Shown in pieces: positions 53,129-62,221 of a stretch of DNA of 64,000 bases; the first letter of the stretch is position 1; every line of letters begins with the position of its first letter. The notes under the pieces were generated by a model. The model was not told the origin of the DNA, searched no databases, and worked only from the letters and a program-made list of their open reading frames with translations. This stretch comes from Chloroflexota bacterium (GTDB lineage Bacteria; Chloroflexota; Limnocylindria; Limnocylindrales; Limnocylindraceae): assembly GCA_039804225.1 (NCBI GenBank), contig JBDLWN010000102.1:3344-67343 (forward strand). Reading direction: 5' to 3'. A program made the translations under genes and the position numbers.

Positions 53129-53882
53129 TCCCCCACTTTGCACCAAGTGCGCGGTGTGCCGCCTGCAGCTCGCTCGGTGAAAGCGACCTTCCCCAAATCA
53201 CCACCTCCATGATGGTGCCGACGAAGTACTTTGATGTCCCAGCAACGAACATCCCGCCGATCCAATTCATGCTCTCTGTCGTGGTGATGTTGAACGACGT
53301 CTCCGCACCTCCGTTGTACTGAAAGCCGTCAGCCGCACCTGCGGCGGTGCGCACGGTGGTGATGGTCAGCCCGGTGGCAGTACGAGCGGTTGTGGCGCCT
53401 ACCGATTGACCGTTGCTGTACATCCGTAGGCGACCGAACTCCATGGTGATACCAGAGAAGCGCGTCCGACTCCCCATGAGCGGATGGCTGAGCCCATCGT
53501 TGCTGTGCCGAAAGACGATCATCACTGTCATTGGCTCCAGAGGGATGGCCGTTGGTAGCTGCACTGCCGCACCGCTGAACTGCAGGCCGGTCACCCCCGC
53601 TGTCACCGTTGGGTAGGGTTGATATGGTCCTGCGCTTACGGGCGCGTGTTGCGCTTGGCCCGACTTGTCGAACCAGTAGCGAAGGCGCGGCGCGAGCGCC
53701 ATGGTTCCCGCCTCTGCGGCGTCGTACCAGAGGAGGAGCCCACTGTTGATGCCACCCGGGGCACTCCACGTGCCAGAGCTGAGCGATAGGTCGAACCGGG
53801 GTGACCAGGCGGCACCCGAGGTTGCTAGGGCGATGAGCGCGAGAGGCACGACAACTCGCAACCACGAACGGTGCCGACTCAC
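53115..53882 (-). CDS. Secreted LamG/concanavalin A-like lectin-domain protein
   Basis: Signal peptide (..LRVVVPLALIALATSGAAW). Body matches the LamG jelly-roll pattern, including C-terminal F.G.I.EV.IW.R.LS..E. GTG start overlaps the upstream peptidase stop (GTGA). Confidence 0.55.
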   Translation of the reverse strand: MSRHRSWLRVVVPLALIALATSGAAWSPRFDLSLSSGTWSAPGGINSGLLLWYDAAEAGTMALAPRLRYWFDKSGQAQHAPVSAGPYQPYPTVTAGVTGLQFSGAAVQLPTAIPLEPMTVMIVFRHSNDGLSHPLMGSRTRFSGITMEFGRLRMYSNGQSVGATTARTATGLTITTVRTAAGAADGFQYNGGAETSFNITTTESMNWIGGMFVAGTSKYFVGTIMEVVIWGRSLSPSELQAAHRALGAKWGISVP

Positions 53883-54724
53883 TCTGGCCCCCAGCGCAGC
53901 GGGAGTGAGATGGTCGCATTGACGGCAGTAATGCTCCCGAGGAGGGTTACTTGGATCTGGCACTCGCTTGCGGCGGCGCCTGCAGAGAGTGACGCGAGTC
54001 GCCCCGTTGCAAGATTCGCCGCACTCCATGTGGCGGTGAAGAGGTCGGCAGAGCTCGTCCAGGTTGCGCTGCCAACTGGGCGACAGGTGCTGGTGAGTCG
54101 CAGTGATCGGGCGATGGCACTCGTCGCGTTCGGCGCGAATTGATCCGGATCAATGCGCAGCGTATTGGTGGCGCCAGCACACTCGCCCTCCACCCCCGTT
54201 GGGCACGGCGTGAGCGTCAACATCCAAGTTGCCCGTCCTCCCGGAAGGAGCTGACCGAGGGCATCGGTACCCACCAACGTTGAGCCACTCATCTCCACGC
54301 GCGCCCCTGGTGCGGAGGTGATGCTCACGTTGACGTTCCTCCCGGCACTGAACTGTGCTCCGACAAGGTCGAGCGGAAGTGAGGCGAGGAGGCCGGTGGG
54401 GATGACGGCGGCGAGCCCGCCCAACACTGCCGCATCGGCAATGCGCTCCGCATCGGGGCTGAGGCTGGCGTCACCCTGTGTTCGACGCCACCCCGCACCC
54501 CGCTGAATGACGCGGTGTAGAAGCAATTGCCCATCACTCGGTCGCTCCACCAACACCACATCGCCCACCTCACCGCCTCGCCATAGTCGCGCGGTGAGGA
54601 CCAGATCACCATCGCGAATGCTTGGCGACATTGAGTCTCCTGAAACAACGAGCATCCGCACGCCGGCAAGCTGCGTTGCAAGCAGAAGTGCCAGCGCAGC
54701 GGCACCCCATCTGGTCCGACTCAT
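53879..54724 (-). CDS. Signal peptidase I of the SipW/archaeal-ER type (S26B) with a roughly 150 aa Cys-containing C-terminal extension
   Basis: N-terminal TM. Catalytic Ser box VVSGDSMSPSIRDGDLV and downstream His region typical of SipW-like S26B peptidases. ATG overlaps the stop of the upstream TasA-like gene (ATGA). Confidence 0.7.
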   Translation of the reverse strand: MSRTRWGAAALALLLATQLAGVRMLVVSGDSMSPSIRDGDLVLTARLWRGGEVGDVVLVERPSDGQLLLHRVIQRGAGWRRTQGDASLSPDAERIADAAVLGGLAAVIPTGLLASLPLDLVGAQFSAGRNVNVSITSAPGARVEMSGSTLVGTDALGQLLPGGRATWMLTLTPCPTGVEGECAGATNTLRIDPDQFAPNATSAIARSLRLTSTCRPVGSATWTSSADLFTATWSAANLATGRLASLSAGAAASECQIQVTLLGSITAVNATISLPLRWGPE

Positions 54725-55338
54725 TGCGTCTTGTTGCGTGCCTCGAAGGTAAAGGTCACAGCGACCGAAGAGTCGGCCCCTGTTGTCGCGCTCGCCGGTA
54801 GCGTGAAAGTGAAGGTATACGCCGCACTCTTCGCCGTTGCGCCCGTCACCGCTCCTCCATTCTGTGAACTCCATGCTGTGCCGATCGGCGATGCAAACGA
54901 GCTATAGGTCGATAGCCCGTTCAGTGCGCCGCTATAGAGCGTTTCGGAGCTCTGGCCGCCAATGCTGCGGCTGATCGTTACCTGCAGAGTGGCGCCAAGT
55001 TCAGAGGGGGCGGTCGACGTTCCAGTGAGATCACTCCACAGCGCAATCTCGGTGAGGTCTGATGGTGTGGTTACTGTTGATTCGTTGAGCACTGTAATAG
55101 TCTGGGTAAACGTTGCTCCCGGGCCAATGTTGGTGAGTGTCGCGCCACCGAAGGTGAGCTGCTGCACACCGCCTGTACTCAGCGAAACGACTCCAGAGGT
55201 TGCCCCGCCAGTTACTGGCGCCGTAGCGGTAAACGCTGCGCTAGTTCTTCCAACAGTCGCCCCAATCACTAAGGCGCCCGCTACGACCACAGCCCGCACG
55301 GCGTGACGCGACGTCAAGAGAGTTCGCTCTGTGTGCAT
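54721..55338 (-). CDS. TasA/camelysin-like secreted protein with SipW-cognate-class signal peptide
   Basis: N-terminus (...VVVAGALVIGATVGRTSAAFTATAP) matches the hydrophobic core plus AAF(T/N/S) pattern of SipW-cognate signal peptides. 205 aa, Thr/Ser/Gly/Ala-rich and beta-rich like the M73/TasA family. AGGAG RBS 8 nt upstream. Confidence 0.55.
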   Translation of the reverse strand: MHTERTLLTSRHAVRAVVVAGALVIGATVGRTSAAFTATAPVTGGATSGVVSLSTGGVQQLTFGGATLTNIGPGATFTQTITVLNESTVTTPSDLTEIALWSDLTGTSTAPSELGATLQVTISRSIGGQSSETLYSGALNGLSTYSSFASPIGTAWSSQNGGAVTGATAKSAAYTFTFTLPASATTGADSSVAVTFTFEARNKTQ

Positions 55339-55397
55339 ACCGACTCCTATGAGCGGGTTATTGGGCGGGTCGTAATCCTATGGGGAGGCGCGTACTG

Positions 55398-55412
55398 GCG
55401 GGGTATCCCCGC
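55398..55412 (-). terminator. GC hairpin (GCGGGG-TAT-CCCCGC) 10 nt downstream of pstB stop
   Basis: Perfect 6-bp GC stem with 3-nt loop between the pstB stop and the promoter/RBS region of the TasA-like gene. No U-tract. Confidence 0.3.
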
Positions 55413-55421
55413 GGAGGCAGA

Positions 55422-56285
55422 TCAGCCGAAGCGGCCCGAAACGTAGTCGGCGGTGAGCTGCTGCTGTGGCGCGGTGAAGATCTTCCCCGTCTCGCCCTGT
55501 TCCACCACATAGCCGGCTCGATCGTCGCCCATCGTGAGGAAGACGGTGTAGTCCGAGGCGCGTGCCGCCTGCTGCATGTTGTGCGTGACGATGACGATCG
55601 TGTAATCACGAATCAGCTTGCGCATCAGCTCCTCAATCTGCAGCGTTGACTTTGGATCCAACGCCGAGCAGGGCTCATCCATGAGGATGACCTCTGGACG
55701 AATGGCGAGGGCGCGCGCGATGCAGAGGCGCTGCTGCTGCCCACCCGAAAGGGAGAGCCCAGGTTGATCAAGCTTATCTTTCACCTCATCCCAGAGGGCG
55801 GCGGCGCGGAGACTCTCTTCAACGAGGGCATCGATTCCTGTAGTCTCGCCGAGAAGGCGAAGCCCAAATGCCACGTTCTCGAAGATGGACTTCGGGAATG
55901 GGTTCGGTTTCTGGAAGACCATGCCGACGCGGCGGCGAAGATCAATCACGTCTGTTGCACGGGAGTGTACCGACGTGCCCTCGAAGGCGATCTCCCCCTC
56001 CATGCGGAAGCCAGGGACAAGGTCGTTCATGCGGTTGATGGAGCGGAGCAGCGTGCTCTTGCCACAGCCGGAAGGGCCGATCAGCGCCGTGACCTTGTTG
56101 CGCGGAATGGCGAGGCTTACCTCGCGCACCGCACGGAAGCCGCCATACCAGCAGCTGACGTTCTCTAGGAGTAGGGCGGGATTTGTTGATGATGTGGCAG
56201 GAGCACTGGTAGCACTCGATGGGGCGCTCGCACCCACCTGGCTTACTGAAGGCTTGGTCACTGGCTCACGCTCGTTCATCGACAT
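55422..56285 (-). CDS. pstB: Phosphate ABC transporter ATP-binding protein PstB
   Basis: Walker A (GPSGCGKST), [14 protein letters not shown], Walker B (ILMDEP), H-loop (VTHNMQQA), C-terminal ..YVSGRFG. Start taken at the internal Met overlapping the pstA stop. Confidence 0.9.
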   Translation of the reverse strand: MSMNEREPVTKPSVSQVGASAPSSATSAPATSSTNPALLLENVSCWYGGFRAVREVSLAIPRNKVTALIGPSGCGKSTLLRSINRMNDLVPGFRMEGEIAFEGTSVHSRATDVIDLRRRVGMVFQKPNPFPKSIFENVAFGLRLLGETTGIDALVEESLRAAALWDEVKDKLDQPGLSLSGGQQQRLCIARALAIRPEVILMDEPCSALDPKSTLQIEELMRKLIRDYTIVIVTHNMQQAARASDYTVFLTMGDDRAGYVVEQGETGKIFTAPQQQLTADYVSGRFG

Positions 56286-56295
56286 AGACGGTACC

Positions 56296-57195
56296 TCACC
56301 ACTGGATCGTGCGCGACAGTCGCGCACGCAGGATAATTGCCACGAGATTGAGCAGGAACATCAGCACAAGGAGCACCAGAATCGCTGCAGCTGAGATCTC
56401 TTGGAAGGCTGCCTGTGGGCGACCCGCCCAATTGAAGATCTGGATCGGCAAGACGGTGTACTTATCTTCAAATGGATTCACGGGCACAAAGGTCACGAAG
56501 GTGACGGCCCCAATAAGAATCAGTGGTGCAGTCTCGCCGACGGCACGACCTACAGCCAACACGATGCCGGTAAGGATGCCAGGCGCCGCAGCGGGGAGGA
56601 GCGCTCGGCGCACCATCTGCCAGCGTGTTGCACCAAGCGCATATGCCGCCTCGCGCTGGCTAGGTGGCACGGCACGAATCGCCTCCATGCTTGAAATGAT
56701 CACCACGGGAAGAATGAGCAGGCTGAGCGTGAGCGCAGCTGCAAAGACCGTGCGCCCAAGGCCGAGGAGCCGCACGAAGAGCGCCAGCCCAAAGATGCCG
56801 TACACGATCGAGGGGACGCCGGCGAGGTTGGAGATGTTGATGCGCAACAGACGTGACCAGCGACCGCGTCCGGCGTACTCCTCCAGATAGATTGCGGCGG
56901 CAACACCGATGGGGAAGGTCATGATCGCAACGAGCGTCGTCACCCAGAGGGTGCCGACGAGCGCTGGCAGGATGCCGGCCTTGGCGGGGATGCGGCTCGG
57001 TGCCGAGGTGAAGAACTGCAGATCAACACTGCTCCCGCCGCGCACCACCACATCAATGAGGAGTGCCACGAGCGTGATAAGGCTGGCAAAAATCGCGAGA
57101 AATGCGAGCAGGCCAAACAGCGCATTGGCAACTTTTCGACGCGTCGTCGTCTGGCTGTTCATTCGTATACGTTCCGATAGCGCGCTACCAGCCAA
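56296..57195 (-). CDS. pstA: Phosphate ABC transporter permease PstA
   Basis: Six-TM permease with the EAA loop ([14 protein letters not shown]). Gene immediately precedes pstB. Confidence 0.85.
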   Translation of the reverse strand: MAGSALSERIRMNSQTTTRRKVANALFGLLAFLAIFASLITLVALLIDVVVRGGSSVDLQFFTSAPSRIPAKAGILPALVGTLWVTTLVAIMTFPIGVAAAIYLEEYAGRGRWSRLLRINISNLAGVPSIVYGIFGLALFVRLLGLGRTVFAAALTLSLLILPVVIISSMEAIRAVPPSQREAAYALGATRWQMVRRALLPAAAPGILTGIVLAVGRAVGETAPLILIGAVTFVTFVPVNPFEDKYTVLPIQIFNWAGRPQAAFQEISAAAILVLLVLMFLLNLVAIILRARLSRTIQW

Positions 57196-58082
57196 GCGCT
57201 GATGAGGTTGAGCGTAAAGGTGATCGCGAAGAGCGTTGCCCCCACGGCGAAGAGCGCCTTGAACTGAATGCTCTCGGTTGGGGTGTCTCCAAGGCTGATT
57301 TGTACGATGAACGCGGTCATCGTCTGCACCGATTCAGTTGGGTTCAACGTCAGCTGAGGATTGGTGCCTGCCGCGAGCACCACGGCCATCGTCTCACCAA
57401 CTGCGCGACTCATGGCCAGGATCACCGCCGCAGCAATGCCTGAAAGCGCTGCCGGTAGGAGCACTCGGCGCACAGTCTCCCAGCGCGTTGCGCCTAACGC
57501 ATAGGAACCCTCTCGCAGGCCACGAGGCACGGCCCGCAGTGCGTCTTCAGTAAGCGAGGCGACGAGAGGCAGGACCAAGATGCCAACGACAATGCCGGCC
57601 GAAAGTGCCGAGAAGGTTCCAAGGTCAGGAAGAATCGTGGCCTTCAGCAGCGGGGTGATCACCGTGATCGCAAAGAAGCCGTACACGATCGTTGGGATAC
57701 CAGCCAAGATCTCAAGGACTGGCTTGATGATGGAGCGAACTCGCTGGCTCGCAAACTCGCTCATCCAGACTGCGGCAAGGACACCGAGTGGTACCGCAAG
57801 AACAAGCGCAATGAAGGCGATCATGAGTGTGCTCGTGACTAGCGGAATGACACCGAACGCATACGGAAGGATTGATGCCGACCAACGAGTTCCGGTGAAG
57901 AAATCAACGGGAGAAACTTCGCCGAAGAAGAAGAACGCTTCGACGACGAGGACGGTGATGATGCCAACGGTGGTGATGATCCCTACGGCTGCCGAGGCCC
58001 GAAGGAGGAATTCGATCAGAGCCTCACCCCTGCGGGTGGTGGCGGCGGAGTCGGGGCGATGAGCTGCCGATACGCCTGCCAC
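57159..58082 (-). CDS. pstC: Phosphate ABC transporter permease PstC
   Basis: PstC-type permease (MSEFASQRVRSIIKPVLEILAGIPTIVYGFF; [14 protein letters not shown]). Gene follows pstS. Confidence 0.85.
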   Translation of the reverse strand: MAGVSAAHRPDSAATTRRGEALIEFLLRASAAVGIITTVGIITVLVVEAFFFFGEVSPVDFFTGTRWSASILPYAFGVIPLVTSTLMIAFIALVLAVPLGVLAAVWMSEFASQRVRSIIKPVLEILAGIPTIVYGFFAITVITPLLKATILPDLGTFSALSAGIVVGILVLPLVASLTEDALRAVPRGLREGSYALGATRWETVRRVLLPAALSGIAAAVILAMSRAVGETMAVVLAAGTNPQLTLNPTESVQTMTAFIVQISLGDTPTESIQFKALFAVGATLFAITFTLNLISAWLVARYRNVYE

Positions 58083-58143
58083 AGACCCTCCTCCCGCTAA
58101 GCCGCTCTCCCTACGTACGCGGCGATCCTACCCCTAGAAGTGT

Positions 58144-58174
58144 CGACCCGGGGGCTGATGGGGCCCCCGGGTCG
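58144..58174 (-). promoter_or_regulatory. Intercistronic stem-loop between pstS and pstC (12-bp perfect GC-rich stem, 7-nt loop)
   Basis: CGACCCGGGGGC-TGATGGG-GCCCCCGGGTCG read directly from the sequence. It lies in the 122-nt pstS-pstC spacer. Confidence 0.5.
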
Positions 58175-58204
58175 TTTGAGCGTGCGTGAGGGCTCAGCGC
58201 CCGC

Positions 58205-59209
58205 TCAGTATCCGTACTTGAGTGCAGCCTCTAGGGTCGCCTTCGCGGCGGCTAGATCTGCATCGTTGAGGCCGATGTAGCCAACCTCGGCCGAGAGTTC
58301 GTTCGCGTTCTCCAGGAAGAACCGGAAGAATGCTGCGACCTCGGGTCGAGCTAGTGCTGCTACGGATGCGTAAACGAAGAGCGGTCGCCCGAGTGGCGCA
58401 TAGCTGCCGTCGTTTGCTGCATCTGCAGACGGCGCGGTGCAACCACTGCCGCCGTCGATCTCAACTGCCCGGATCTTGTCGGCATTCTCAGTCACATAGG
58501 CAAGGCCGAAGTAACCAAGCGCGTACTGCGAGCCGCTGATGCCGGTCACCAACGTATTGTCGTCCTCTGATGCGGTGTAATCGGAGCGCGAGCGCTTCGC
58601 CTCACCGTTGATCACTTCGGTGAAGTAATCAAAGGTGCCGGAATCGGCGCCTGGGCCATACAGGTCGATCTTCTCGGCTGGCCAGCCAGCGCGAACGTCT
58701 GCCCAGGTCTCGACGACTGAACCTAGATCCCAAATGGACTTGAGCTCGTCGGTGGTGAGGCAGTCAACGAAGGTGTTCTCCTTGCTCACCACTACGGCGA
58801 GTGCGTCGAGGGCAACCTTCAGTTCAATGTATTCAATGCCAGCGTTCCTGCAGAGCGTGGCCTCGGAGAGGACGTCGTCGGCAGTTCCGTCGACACCATC
58901 GTCGCCAGGCTTGTCGCTCGTCTTGATTGGGCGGGACGCGTTGTTGGCGTCCATCTCGCCTGCGCAGAACTTCTTGAAGCCACCACCGGTGCCTGAGAAG
59001 GCGACGGTGACCTGCACGCCGGAGTTCGCGTTCTGGAACTCCTCGGCAACAGCCTCGGTGATTGGATAGACGGTGCTCGAGCCGTCAATGGAGATATCGC
59101 CGGTCAGGGCTACGGTCGACGCCGACGGACTGGCGGCTGAACCGCCACAGGCGGCGATGAACAGGGCGGCCGCGGCGGCCACGCTGAGCTTCTTCATGGT
59201 GCTTTTCAT
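58205..59209 (-). CDS. pstS: Phosphate-binding lipoprotein PstS
   Basis: Signal/lipobox (MKKLSVAAAAALFIAACGG). PstS motifs (GSSTVYPI, FSGTGGGFKKF). Start set at MKSTMKK with a GAGGAG RBS upstream. Confidence 0.85.
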   Translation of the reverse strand: MKSTMKKLSVAAAAALFIAACGGSAASPSASTVALTGDISIDGSSTVYPITEAVAEEFQNANSGVQVTVAFSGTGGGFKKFCAGEMDANNASRPIKTSDKPGDDGVDGTADDVLSEATLCRNAGIEYIELKVALDALAVVVSKENTFVDCLTTDELKSIWDLGSVVETWADVRAGWPAEKIDLYGPGADSGTFDYFTEVINGEAKRSRSDYTASEDDNTLVTGISGSQYALGYFGLAYVTENADKIRAVEIDGGSGCTAPSADAANDGSYAPLGRPLFVYASVAALARPEVAAFFRFFLENANELSAEVGYIGLNDADLAAAKATLEAALKYGY

Positions 59210-59254
59210 GGTGCTCCTCTCGCCAAGATTTATTGCGAGGGGTTCCCTCGCTGC

Positions 59255-59270
59255 GGCCACATCTGTGGCC
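59255..59270 (-). promoter_or_regulatory. Perfect palindrome GGCCACA-TC-TGTGGCC in the pstS 5' region, between an AT-rich element and the RBS
   Basis: 7-bp arms with a 2-bp spacer, 45 nt upstream of the pstS start. An unusually AT-rich block (CATTAATGGTCCGTTAACAATGTTAT on the coding strand) lies 30-60 nt further upstream. Confidence 0.35.
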
Positions 59271-59357
59271 GTTAGGGGCACTCTCCGATAACATTGTTAA
59301 CGGACCATTAATGCCTTATTTCGCCAGGAGTGCTCCCTGATCACAGGGGCTCGGGGG

Positions 59358-60446
59358 CTACTCCAGCGGTAGTGCAATCCCGCTTGGTGCCCAGCTTTCG
59401 CCGATACGATCAATCCCCGCTGGGAGATTCGCGATGGCACGCTCCAGAATTTGGTTGCTGACAGATACGCCAGCGGGAAGGTTACTGCCAAGGTCCAGAA
59501 CGCCCTGCGGCGCTGGCCACACCGAGGCGTTGAACTGGTCAATGGACCAGACAAGGCTGTCGCCGAATCGATCCGTCTCGCCGCCTTGTTCAAAGACTGC
59601 CGCGCAATCAATTGGTTGATCTCGGCAGAATGCGAGTCCGTCGGTGAGCCCAATCAGGGTCAGCGCGGCAGCGATGCTGAAATCTTCGTCATCTTTGGCG
59701 CTCTTCTCCATCCACAGTGCAAGTCCACGGACGCTAGAGGTGTCACCTAGGTCAATGATGGTGATGCCATCCGGGCCAACAGGGAGCCCGCTCTCCAGCG
59801 AAATGAACTCTTGTGCCCGCGCGAGGCCGTCGTATTCCGTCAAGAAGGCCGCGGCATAGGTGCCGTCGTAGAGCGGGGTGAGGTCGATGGGCAGCGATGG
59901 ATCCGCTGGGAATTCTGCGGTCACGTTCTCGGCTCCCTCGCGTGCAAGCAGTGCAAGCAGCGGCACCTCGTCACCAACGATCCCCTGAACGAGAATTGTC
60001 GAGCCGCTCAGGTCCGCCGCGGTGGCGGCTCCTGAGGCGGGAGCGACTAGTACCATCGAGGTCCTCTGCTGCAGATTGGCGATCATGACTAACGACTCGC
60101 GTGCGGTTGCAGATGCAACGACTGCGTCGGGAGTGGCGATGTAGAGGTGAAGTCGTGTCTCGGAGGTCACGAGAGGGAATGGTGCCTCTCCAACGGTTGG
60201 GGCGATCTGGTTCAACGTGATGCCTGCTGCGGCAATCGTTTCAGAAGCGGCAGCGTAGGCGAGCGGCGCGGCCAACACATCTATGGCGCCAGGCAAATGC
60301 ACCGTTACCGAAATCTCTTTGGAGGGTCGTAGTTCGCCTGCGATAGACGACGCCGATGGCTCCACGCTTCCGCCAACCGGGGGTCGGCACGCGACTGCGA
60401 CCAGCGCAATTGATAGGAGGGCGGCGAGGTTGTGACGCTTGCTCAC
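59358..60446 (-). CDS. Putative lipoprotein / solute-binding-like protein translationally coupled to pstB of the upstream pst operon
   Basis: Signal peptide with a lipobox-like LVAVAC. 362 aa mixed alpha/beta composition. GTG start overlaps the pstB(2) stop (GTGA). No confident family assignment. Confidence 0.45.
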   Translation of the reverse strand: MSKRHNLAALLSIALVAVACRPPVGGSVEPSASSIAGELRPSKEISVTVHLPGAIDVLAAPLAYAAASETIAAAGITLNQIAPTVGEAPFPLVTSETRLHLYIATPDAVVASATARESLVMIANLQQRTSMVLVAPASGAATAADLSGSTILVQGIVGDEVPLLALLAREGAENVTAEFPADPSLPIDLTPLYDGTYAAAFLTEYDGLARAQEFISLESGLPVGPDGITIIDLGDTSSVRGLALWMEKSAKDDEDFSIAAALTLIGLTDGLAFCRDQPIDCAAVFEQGGETDRFGDSLVWSIDQFNASVWPAPQGVLDLGSNLPAGVSVSNQILERAIANLPAGIDRIGESWAPSGIALPLE

Positions 60447-61333
60447 CCGAATCGCCCCTGAATGTAACCTTCGGTGAGCGCCTGCTTCGGATTGGTGAAC
60501 ATCTCCGCCGTTGGGCCGGTCTCAACGAGGTAGCCCGCCCGATCGTCATCCATTGAGAAGAAGGCGGTCTCATCAGAGACGCGCGACGCCTGCTGCATGT
60601 TGTGCGTGACAATGACAATTGTGTACTCCGCAGCAAGATCACGGATCAGCTCCTCAATCTTGAGGGTGGCGACCGGATCAAGCGCCGAGCACGGCTCGTC
60701 CATCAACACCACGCGCGGCTTCACGGCAATGGTTCGCGCGATGCAGAGACGCTGCTGCTGCCCACCTGAGAGGGATGTCCCAGGTTGCTTGAGCTTCTCC
60801 TTTACCTCGTCCCAGAGTGCTGCGCGACGGAGCGAATCCTCAACAATCCCCTCGATCTCTGACTTTGACGTTCCGCCAGTGAGGCGAAGTCCACTGGAAA
60901 CATTCTCGCTGATTGACATAGTCGGGAACGGGTTCGGCTTCTGGAAGACCATCCCAACCACTCGCCGGGCACGAACGGGATCCACATTCGCGCTGTAGAG
61001 GTCAACACCGTCAAGCGAGATCGAGCCCGAGACGGTTGCACCTGGGAGCGTCTCATGCATGCGATTGATCGTGCGGATCAGCGTCGACTTGCCGCAGCCC
61101 GATGGGCCGATGAGGGCGGTGACACTCTTCGGTCGGACCGCCAACGTCACATCCTTCACAGCGCGGAACGCGCCATAGCGTGCTGAGACGTTCTCAAGGA
61201 CCAATCGCCCAGCATCACTCTCGCTGGCGGCAGCACGAGAGGCAGCGTGCGCCGCAGGTCGCGCCGCGGCCTGGGCGAGCTCATCTTTTGCCCCTGTTGA
61301 TGTGGCTTGTGTGTTTCGTTTCTCCGTTGCCAT
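60443..61333 (-). CDS. pstB: Phosphate ABC transporter ATP-binding protein PstB (second copy)
   Basis: Same motif set as the first copy ([36 protein letters not shown], ..YIQGRFG). Confidence 0.9.
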   Translation of the reverse strand: MATEKRNTQATSTGAKDELAQAAARPAAHAASRAAASESDAGRLVLENVSARYGAFRAVKDVTLAVRPKSVTALIGPSGCGKSTLIRTINRMHETLPGATVSGSISLDGVDLYSANVDPVRARRVVGMVFQKPNPFPTMSISENVSSGLRLTGGTSKSEIEGIVEDSLRRAALWDEVKEKLKQPGTSLSGGQQQRLCIARTIAVKPRVVLMDEPCSALDPVATLKIEELIRDLAAEYTIVIVTHNMQQASRVSDETAFFSMDDDRAGYLVETGPTAEMFTNPKQALTEGYIQGRFG

Positions 61334-61345
61334 GTCGCTCCTTCC

Positions 61346-62221
61346 CTACGCTGTTCTGCTATTCACGGTTCGGCCTCGCACCAGCACGTTAATAGTGAGT
61401 GCGATTGCCATCAAGACCAGCGCTGTTGCCCACGCCTGACCGATCAAAAGGTCATCGGCAGCAGCGGCATACTGGTAGATCACGATTGGCATAGCGTTCA
61501 TGGTGGTGCTGAAATCAAGCCAGTTCTCTGCGTTCGTGCCACGCGCCGTCATCAGGAGCGGCGCCGTTTCGCCCAAGGCACGGCTAAAGGCGAGGATCAC
61601 CCCGGTGAGGATTCCAGGCAGTGCGGTGCGCACGCTGACAAGGAGGGCAGTCCTCCACACGGGCACACCGAGGGCTAACGAGGCCTCTCGGATCGCCTGC
61701 GGCACCAGCCGAAGTACTTCTTGGGTAGATCGCATCATGATCGGTAGTGTGAGAATCGAAAGTGCAGCCACGGCGGCCCATCCCGAGAAGCCCAAGACGG
61801 GCACCAAGACGAGATAGGCAAACACACCCGCCACGATGCTCGGTACACCAAGCATCACGTCGATGGCCGTCTCGCCAATGGCGACAACGCGAGGCGACGC
61901 GAACTCAGAGAGGTATACCCCACCGGCAATGCCGATTGGCCCGCTAATCAGAACTGTCAATCCGGTGAGCTGAAGTGATCCCACGATCGCGTTGAGAATA
62001 CCTGGCATGGTGTCAAGCGGATTGTTCAAAAAGAACGATGGCACAAGGTATGGTGCCGACTTAATCAATACAAATGCGATGAGGGCGACGAGGGGCAAAA
62101 TCGCTAAAAACGCGGACACGCCAACGAGAGTCCGCATCACCCAACTCACTCTCTGTCGCGAGCGCTCACTGGCCGTTGGCTGGGTCAGCAACTTAGCGAT
62201 CGTGTCCATCTGCATGCTCAT
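61346..62221 (-). CDS. pstA: Phosphate ABC transporter permease PstA (second copy)
   Basis: Six-TM permease with EAA loop (EASLALGVPVWRT). Precedes pstB. Confidence 0.85.
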   Translation of the reverse strand: MSMQMDTIAKLLTQPTASERSRQRVSWVMRTLVGVSAFLAILPLVALIAFVLIKSAPYLVPSFFLNNPLDTMPGILNAIVGSLQLTGLTVLISGPIGIAGGVYLSEFASPRVVAIGETAIDVMLGVPSIVAGVFAYLVLVPVLGFSGWAAVAALSILTLPIMMRSTQEVLRLVPQAIREASLALGVPVWRTALLVSVRTALPGILTGVILAFSRALGETAPLLMTARGTNAENWLDFSTTMNAMPIVIYQYAAAADDLLIGQAWATALVLMAIALTINVLVRGRTVNSRTA

